Positions 58,897 to 64,000 of a stretch of 64,000 nucleotides of DNA are shown here, piece after piece. Position 1 is the first letter of the stretch; the number at the start of each line of letters is the position of its first letter. The translations under genes and the position numbers were made by a program. The notes beneath the pieces were generated by a model. It worked only from the letters and a program-made list of their open reading frames with translations. It did no database searches and was not told where the DNA came from. Origin of the DNA: a virus; the IMG/VR virus record IMGVR_UViG_3300037459_000160, positions 40,669-104,668 of that record; one strand, written 5' to 3'.

Positions 58897-59261
58897 CCGA
58901 ACAACTAACCGCAAAGCGTTGGTGGGCCTTGTTTCATACTCCGTTATATGAGATTGGCAAAACGCACGGCCGGCTTATCTGGACCCAAAACGGCTTTCGC
59001 CGAAAGATTGGCAACAACAAGTATCTTGAAATACTCCCCTTACTGTTCGGGCGGGCACGCTTGCATATCGGCCGTATTGAGCCCCTCTTTGATGGGCAGT
59101 ACGATGACGGTTGGTGATACGATGACCCTGAGGCCGCGTGTACGGCCTTACTAGAGTGGGATGGGGAAGGCGAGCCCGAGGGATGGGTGAGGCACCCAAT
59201 GAGCAAGAGGTACCGACCCGATGGGACACCCGAAAGCGAATATGTCCAAACCGAGCCGTGA
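58893..59261 (+). CDS. Putative selenoprotein (122 aa, in-frame UGA at 59115-59117); alternatively a nonsense-disrupted gene
   Basis: The frame continues after UGA as YDDPEAACTALLEWDGEGEPEGWVRHP...TEP to 59261 and overlaps the next gene; SECIS-like hairpin downstream. Confidence 0.65.
59129..59150 (+). promoter_or_regulatory. Candidate bacterial SECIS element
   Basis: 8-bp stem TGAGGCCG/CGGCCTTA with loop CGTGTA, starting 11 nt after the UGA. Confidence 0.6.
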
Positions 59262-59436
59262 TTGGTTTGATATTTTTGCATGTAAACCTTGGCAACGAGG
59301 CAGGCCCCCGGTTACCTTTTTCGTAAGCCCTCAAAGCCAATACAATATGACGGTACATGGCGACGGTTCCCAAGTTGTCTTTGTAAACGCCAGCGGGCAC
59401 GAAAGGCGAGTTACTCTTTTCATTGAGGATTTGTAA
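59242..59436 (+). CDS. Small hypothetical protein
   Basis: Likely start ATG 59242 (MSKPSRDWF...). Confidence 0.5.
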   Translation: MSKPSRDWFDIFACKPWQRGRPPVTFFVSPQSQYNMTVHGDGSQVVFVNASGHERRVTLFIEDL

Positions 59437-59446
59437 GGGCGAACAA

Positions 59447-59719
59447 GTGATCCAACAAAAGTGCATAGGTTGCGGGAGCAACAAATTGAAGTTTGAGGAA
59501 ACCTTGAAGCAATCGGCTGATTTCCTTGAGCCTGTTAAAGGGGCTCCGTACCCGACGTTGAACGTACGCGAGTATTTGATATTTGATTACGTTTGCCAGA
59601 GTTGCGGCATACATTGGGGCGAGACGTGCGAGGTACGCGACCATGTACCCAAGGATGAGGTTGAGATTGATTCAAGTACAGGGCTTCGCGTTGACGATCC
59701 AACGCAATACGGGTATTGA
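59447..59719 (+). CDS. Small zinc-ribbon protein
   Basis: CIGC...CQSC; start uncertain. Confidence 0.55.
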   Translation: MIQQKCIGCGSNKLKFEETLKQSADFLEPVKGAPYPTLNVREYLIFDYVCQSCGIHWGETCEVRDHVPKDEVEIDSSTGLRVDDPTQYGY

Positions 59720-59722
59720 GAA

Positions 59723-60070
59723 ATGGGAATTCTTGGGAATACAATCGAAAAACCCGTATTGGTACGGCTCCGTAAGGAAATGGCGGGCGGCCGGCAAATC
59801 GGTAATGAGATTGATGGAACGATTTATCTCATTGATCTTGTGCCCGGCGAGTGTTTCTTACACAATCGCGTATTACATATTGCCCTTCAGGTATGCTACG
59901 GCTTATGTAGCGATGGGGGTTGGGTATTAGCTCAAACTGAAGCGGGTACGATCGGTACGATACCCTTTTTGGAGAATGACAATATAAACCGAGTTGTACT
60001 TTGGCCTCAACAGCATTTCATAGAAGCCGAGCAGCACATTAAAGAGAAACTCGCAAAATGGGCCAATTGA
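59723..60070 (+). CDS. PGxCF-domain paralogue 1
   Basis: AGGRQI...GTIYLIDLVPGECF...VVLWPQQHFIEAE. Confidence 0.7.
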   Translation: MGILGNTIEKPVLVRLRKEMAGGRQIGNEIDGTIYLIDLVPGECFLHNRVLHIALQVCYGLCSDGGWVLAQTEAGTIGTIPFLENDNINRVVLWPQQHFIEAEQHIKEKLAKWAN

Positions 60071-60441
60071 TCGACGACCTTAGAACGATGATTGAGGCCG
60101 AAAAGGAACACCAAGCGAGGCCCCCTAGTGCTCCCAATTGCCGGTGTGAGGCCCCGAGCGATAAGGTAAGGGATTGGCCTGCTATCGTTGGCGATTTTCG
60201 ACAGATACACGAGGGGAAGCCCGGCGAGATATTCTTGATTGACGTAAGGCCCGGTGACTGCTTTTTAGACGATACGCAATTGTACGTTGCTCTTGAGGCC
60301 AATTCCTCTTGCCTAGTTGCTCAAAGTAAGCTCGGGAGAATGAGAATATATACAGGGCACCGCCCCGGTGAGATTCGGGTAATACTCATTACGCAAGCTC
60401 AATTCCTCGCGGCCGAAGCATACATTGCAAAGATTCTTTGA
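60058..60441 (+). CDS. PGxCF-domain paralogue 2
   Basis: RQI.EGKPGEIFLIDVRPGDCF...VILITQAQFLAAE. Confidence 0.7.
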   Translation: MGQLIDDLRTMIEAEKEHQARPPSAPNCRCEAPSDKVRDWPAIVGDFRQIHEGKPGEIFLIDVRPGDCFLDDTQLYVALEANSSCLVAQSKLGRMRIYTGHRPGEIRVILITQAQFLAAEAYIAKIL

Positions 60442-60452
60442 GGTTTACGACA

Positions 60453-60749
60453 ATGAAGTTTTCCATTCGTGATATATTCTGGTTTACGCTTTGTACGTCT
60501 ATGGTCATTAACCATTACTGCCATTTAGTCAGTTTAGGTGACCCCCCGTTCAATCTTCGGGATGAACCGGGGTACATCGGTGCCGTGCTTCACCGTCATG
60601 GTCAGAACGTTGGGAGATTTTATATCCAGCAACACGTAGGGAAAAATCAATCACGAAAGATAATGTTCCGTTCGCCGGACGGCACTCAAGGGTTTCATTG
60701 GACAGTAGATAAGTTTGAGTTTCCAAAGCAAGATGAGCCGACAGAATAA
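60453..60749 (+). CDS. Small protein with N-terminal FSIRD membrane-anchor motif
   Basis: MKFSIRDIFWFTL... Confidence 0.55.
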   Translation: MKFSIRDIFWFTLCTSMVINHYCHLVSLGDPPFNLRDEPGYIGAVLHRHGQNVGRFYIQQHVGKNQSRKIMFRSPDGTQGFHWTVDKFEFPKQDEPTE

Positions 60750-61068
60750 ACAACTAGCATTGGCCGGCGACAGGCAACTCTCTACGGAAGAACGGGGTAT
60801 GATCCGTTTTACCGACTTACGGCCCGGCGACTATTTCAGCTATGGGGAGTTGGATTCCGAGGCGGTCTATTGGGCAGCCCTTGAGGGCAATTCTGATCAT
60901 ATCATTGCAGTAAGTACCGGGGGCGAAAGGCGGATTTTTGACCTATCAACCCATTTCGCAAGCCGGGCAAGGATAAATCTGCTTGTAATGCTCATCCCTC
61001 AAGAGAGTTTCTTGACTGTTGAGAGGATGCTTGACAAGCGTTATACGATCGGTGGGGGCCCGCCATGA
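60733..61068 (+). CDS. PGxCF-domain paralogue 3
   Basis: LAGDRQL...GMIRFTDLRPGDYF...VMLIPQESFLTVE. Confidence 0.7.
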   Translation: MSRQNKQLALAGDRQLSTEERGMIRFTDLRPGDYFSYGELDSEAVYWAALEGNSDHIIAVSTGGERRIFDLSTHFASRARINLLVMLIPQESFLTVERMLDKRYTIGGGPP

Positions 61069-61400
61069 GTGACGCCGGTACAATACACGTAATTCATCTT
61101 GAAATTGGTGAGTGCTTTAGACGGTTTGGTAAGCCGTATATGTTGATTGAGCGGGCAGGGGAAAGGTATTATTGTCAAACACCTCAAGGTGAAAAGGTGA
61201 TATTACTACCCGACCGAGCCGAAGCACCGGGTCAGCCTTTACCCCCTATGAGTGGAGCCCGTGTAACGCTAATGGCTCAAGCCGAATTCTTGGAATTGGA
61301 ACGTTTTGAGAGCCTGTTAAAAACTTGCGAGGAAGTTTCCAAGGCGAGCGAGCAAAAGCTAATGCGGGAACACCCCCCAACAGTGCGTGTAAAAAAGTGA
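61065..61400 (+). CDS. PGxCF-domain paralogue 4
   Basis: AGTIHVIHLEIGECF...VTLMAQAEFLELE. Confidence 0.7.
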   Translation: MSDAGTIHVIHLEIGECFRRFGKPYMLIERAGERYYCQTPQGEKVILLPDRAEAPGQPLPPMSGARVTLMAQAEFLELERFESLLKTCEEVSKASEQKLMREHPPTVRVKK

Positions 61401-61410
61401 GGGCGAGAAC

Positions 61411-61860
61411 ATGAGTAGGAATAAAATACGAAACCCCAAAGGCTCGGATGTTGAAGTTGCCAATGAGCATTTCGACGCCGAAGCGAATAGGTTGGAAAAG
61501 CAGATTAAGCAACTCGAAATAGCGGGTAAGCGGCACATAGCGGGCAAGCCAGCCGGTACTATCGCTATGCTTGACCTTGAGCCCGGTGATTGCTTCGAGA
61601 TTAAAAACGATCAATATCAACGTCAGTTTATCACGTTGGATAAGGGTAGAAGTCACATAGTTGCTCAAGACCAGCACGGCGACACGCAAGCACACGCGAT
61701 TTTTGACCTGTTTTGCGAGGTGGTACTAATCCCTTACGAGTTTTTCATTAAAGCCGAGGTTCCTAAGAACAACCCCTCCCACCAACGCTATGTGAGGGAG
61801 TTTAGCGAGGGCGATTGGCTTGGTATGGATGAGTACCATGAGGGCGAGAAAAATGAGTAA
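61411..61860 (+). CDS. PGxCF-domain paralogue 5
   Basis: IAGKRHIAGKPAGTIAMLDLEPGDCF...VVLIPYEFFIKAE. Confidence 0.7.
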   Translation: MSRNKIRNPKGSDVEVANEHFDAEANRLEKQIKQLEIAGKRHIAGKPAGTIAMLDLEPGDCFEIKNDQYQRQFITLDKGRSHIVAQDQHGDTQAHAIFDLFCEVVLIPYEFFIKAEVPKNNPSHQRYVREFSEGDWLGMDEYHEGEKNE

Positions 61861-62815
61861 ACATCCCATCGCAGCGGGCAACGAGGGCCCCTTTGCTATG
61901 TTGAGCGAACAAGGCAAGCTCGGCGGAACGCTCGGGAAGCAACTCCAATTGGCGGGCACACGACAAATCAAAGGCCAACCATCCGGTACGATCTTGCTAG
62001 ATGCCCTTGAGCCCGGTGAGTGCTTTGAGCATGACTTTTCGGATGGGCTTGCACCCCCGGAATACGGGAAACGCCGATTTGTCGTGATTGATAAGGGCGA
62101 ATTGCATATCATTGTTCAAGATCCCAAAGGTAGTATTGAGGCTTACCAGATTTTCGACAGCGATACGAAAATCGGTGAGATATCAGAGAGTAAGACAGTA
62201 ATAGTGATCTCTCAAGAGTGCTTTACAACCGACGAACACACGCACGACAAAAACCGCGATTTCGCAAGGCACTACGGGGGCACCGCTCAAGAGGCGAGTA
62301 GAAAAGCGATTCTTGAGGGTGCGGGGATTCCTGTTGACGTATTGAACCCCACACGACAATTCGGCCAAGTATCGGTCAAGGTTGACGGTCACACGGTTGG
62401 CGATGCCGTTGGGCAGATCAAGATTGATACAACGGGCCTTGCGGCAAGCCTAAAGAAAGCCCAACGCCAAATTAACACATTTGCCATACAAGCGGGCAAG
62501 ACCGCCAAGGCGGCTAATAAGGCCCACCCATCCTTAGCGACGGCGAGCGGGCAGAACAAATCCGAGCTTGTTGAGGTAGTTGTTGAGGCACAACAAAAAA
62601 GGAAGGCCGCCGAGCTATTAGCCAAGGCAACAGGGATGCAATTTGATGAGGCAATGGAAACGCTCCAATTGACCGATAGCCTTGGCCACGGTTTCACCAA
62701 CGAACAATTCAAAACGATCAACGAATTACGAACCGAGGCCGGCTTAAAACCGTTGACGGTCAAACAGGTATTGACCCTCAAAAAACTAACTCTCAAGAGA
62801 CTAACGGAGGAATGA
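61853..62815 (+). CDS. PGxCF-domain paralogue 6 with helical C-terminal extension
   Basis: LAGTRQIKGQPSGTILLDALEPGECF...VIVISQECFTTDE; C-terminus carries TMP-like and portal-like peptides. Confidence 0.7.
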   Translation: MSKHPIAAGNEGPFAMLSEQGKLGGTLGKQLQLAGTRQIKGQPSGTILLDALEPGECFEHDFSDGLAPPEYGKRRFVVIDKGELHIIVQDPKGSIEAYQIFDSDTKIGEISESKTVIVISQECFTTDEHTHDKNRDFARHYGGTAQEASRKAILEGAGIPVDVLNPTRQFGQVSVKVDGHTVGDAVGQIKIDTTGLAASLKKAQRQINTFAIQAGKTAKAANKAHPSLATASGQNKSELVEVVVEAQQKRKAAELLAKATGMQFDEAMETLQLTDSLGHGFTNEQFKTINELRTEAGLKPLTVKQVLTLKKLTLKRLTEE

Positions 62816-62816
62816 A

Positions 62817-63029
62817 ATGGGATTTGGTACGTTAAAAAGACGTGTTCCGTACAAGACGGCGATTTACGACTTGAAGTGTGCCCGATGCAAGGCGTCAAAA
62901 GCTATTCGGTTTGCAAATGCTTGGGGATATAGGACACGATACAGCAACGCGGTAAACGAAGCGAAATTTATAGGGTGGGCTCGGCATCCAATACTAGGTT
63001 GGCTATGCCCCAAACATAAAGGAAAATAG
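62817..63029 (+). CDS. Small zinc-binding protein
   Basis: CxxC...A...GW......W.CPKH; SD GGAGG. Confidence 0.65.
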   Translation: MGFGTLKRRVPYKTAIYDLKCARCKASKAIRFANAWGYRTRYSNAVNEAKFIGWARHPILGWLCPKHKGK

Positions 63030-63033
63030 GGAA

Positions 63034-63348
63034 ATGGGCGAAAAGGAAGTCTTGGAGGAACAGTTAGAGCTTTTACGAACCCAAATACGTCAAAAGACGC
63101 ATGAGATACGACGAACCGGGGGTTTTCGAGTTATTGTGTGCGATGGGTGCGGGGATCGTGACCTTGTGTTGGTTCAACTGAGGGATGAGCTTTGGAGGCA
63201 GCTTTGCAAGTTTCCGAAAGAGTTGCTTTGCTTGGAGTGTATGGAAAAGCGTTTGGGGCGGTTGATCGTAAGAACCGACCTTAAAGAATGCGGCGGCCTT
63301 CGAGAGTTGGAAATGGGTTACAAAATACTCAGTCGGAAGGGCGAGTAA
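63034..63348 (+). CDS. Small zinc-binding protein
   Basis: CDGC...D.LW...LC..C.E.RLGR....D pattern. Confidence 0.65.
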   Translation: MGEKEVLEEQLELLRTQIRQKTHEIRRTGGFRVIVCDGCGDRDLVLVQLRDELWRQLCKFPKELLCLECMEKRLGRLIVRTDLKECGGLRELEMGYKILSRKGE

Positions 63349-63349
63349 A

Positions 63350-63589
63350 GTGGATAAGTGGTTCTTTTTGGTCGTTAGCAATGACATTGATCCCGAGCTT
63401 TACACCCTTACAGAGCAAAACGGAAAAGTCCTATTATGGCGGACTGAAGATCAAGCAATGAAATGGGCAAAAACTGAGGTAAGGCTACCGAAGGGGCACG
63501 GGCTCCACACGGTGCGAATGCCTACTACGGTATTAAAAATGGAGCAAGCGGGAAACCCAAGAGTGCTAAGGGAGAAAAGAAATGGGTGA
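63350..63589 (+). CDS. Hypothetical protein
   Basis: GTG start; packed ORF. Confidence 0.5.
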   Translation: MDKWFFLVVSNDIDPELYTLTEQNGKVLLWRTEDQAMKWAKTEVRLPKGHGLHTVRMPTTVLKMEQAGNPRVLREKRNG

Positions 63590-63782
63590 GGTTACCGAGC
63601 TTATGTTGGATGGTATCCTTTGTGATCAATGCGGCGGTTTCGTTTCCGAAATTGGGGTTGGTTATCCTCGGACTTGTTCGGCTTGTCAAAAGCATCCTTT
63701 GGCACCGATAAGAACCGTTGTTCCGGTTCCGATTTCGGCAAAGAAAAGGCGTAGAAATCGCAAAAAAGGGCCGAAAAAGTAA
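63582..63782 (+). CDS. Small zinc-finger protein with basic tail
   Basis: MGE...M.DG.LC..CG.......GYPR.C..C; SD AGGGAG. Confidence 0.65.
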   Translation: MGEVTELMLDGILCDQCGGFVSEIGVGYPRTCSACQKHPLAPIRTVVPVPISAKKRRRNRKKGPKK

Positions 63783-63810
63783 GTTACTTTTGGAGCCACA
63801 ATTCCCCCCC

Positions 63811-63845
63811 ACATAGTTACATAATCATAGATTATGTAACTATGT
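63811..63845. repeat. Perfect 16-bp AT-rich inverted repeat with 3-nt spacer
   Basis: ACATAGTTACATAATC-ATA-GATTATGTAACTATGT. Confidence 0.9.
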
Positions 63846-63931
63846 AACACGCAAGGGGTTACGCGGGCGGGCGTATGATTTTTTCGGCTGATAACGCACC
63901 TTGGCCGTATGTCCGATATGGTCCATTTCGA

Positions 63932-63947
63932 GTGAAACCGGGTTCAC
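63932..63947. repeat. 16-bp quasi-palindrome copy (GTGAAACCGGGTTCAC)
   Basis: Intergenic exact copy, extended by flanking GA/TC. Confidence 0.9.
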
Positions 63948-64000
63948 TCAAAAAAGACTCCCCCCGTGTCTTGTGTCGCGGGCGCGGCGGGGAAAGGTGG

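Noticed and set aside
59717-59725. Second possible UGA readthrough (TAT TGA GAA ATG, in frame with the next gene)
   Set aside because: The next ORF has its own ATG one codon later and is a complete paralogue; no SECIS-like hairpin was seen.
342-63812. The many minus-strand ORFs and short alternate-frame plus-strand ORFs in the track
   Set aside because: They overlap well-supported + strand genes, have no recognisable motifs and read as antisense or frame shadows.
1-64000. Genome-wide UGA or UAG reassignment
   Set aside because: Long conserved genes are uninterrupted in code 11, and many end in TGA or TAG with ATGA coupling.

Overview
The window covers most of a tailed dsDNA phage genome with siphovirus-like organisation. 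Every credible gene is on the + strand and the genes are tightly packed. Order: terminase C-terminus, portal, a 1.5-kaa MuF head protein fused to NUDIX, kinase-like and ADP-ribosyltransferase domains plus a small partner gene, prohead protease/scaffold, major capsid, and a head-tail/tail module interleaved with glycosyl-, sulfo- and methyltransferases. Next come a replication/recombination module (initiator, DnaC-like loader, DnaB-like helicase, primase, SSB, PolA, SF2 helicase, RecA, Cas4-like nuclease, RusA), a SWIM-MoxR-vWA module, a structured non-coding block, and many small accessory genes. I recognised no integrase, repressor or endolysin. Weak motif evidence suggests a Planctomycetota host. 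Best leads: (1) a probable phage selenoprotein, with an in-frame UGA at 59115-59117, a bacterial-SECIS-like hairpin 11 nt downstream, and the ORF continuing to 59261; (2) two tRNA-shaped RNAs (121 and 214 nt) with large structured insertions in the D-loop; (3) a 16-bp quasi-palindrome GTGAACCCGGTTKCAC recurring about every 3-10 kb, with a candidate binding protein; (4) a MuF-NUDIX-kinase-ART virion effector; (5) six tandem paralogues of an unknown small domain; (6) a probable virion-glycosylation gene set; (7) non-structural proteins carrying peptide copies of capsid, portal and tape-measure motifs. All family assignments are by eye from motifs; no searches were run.
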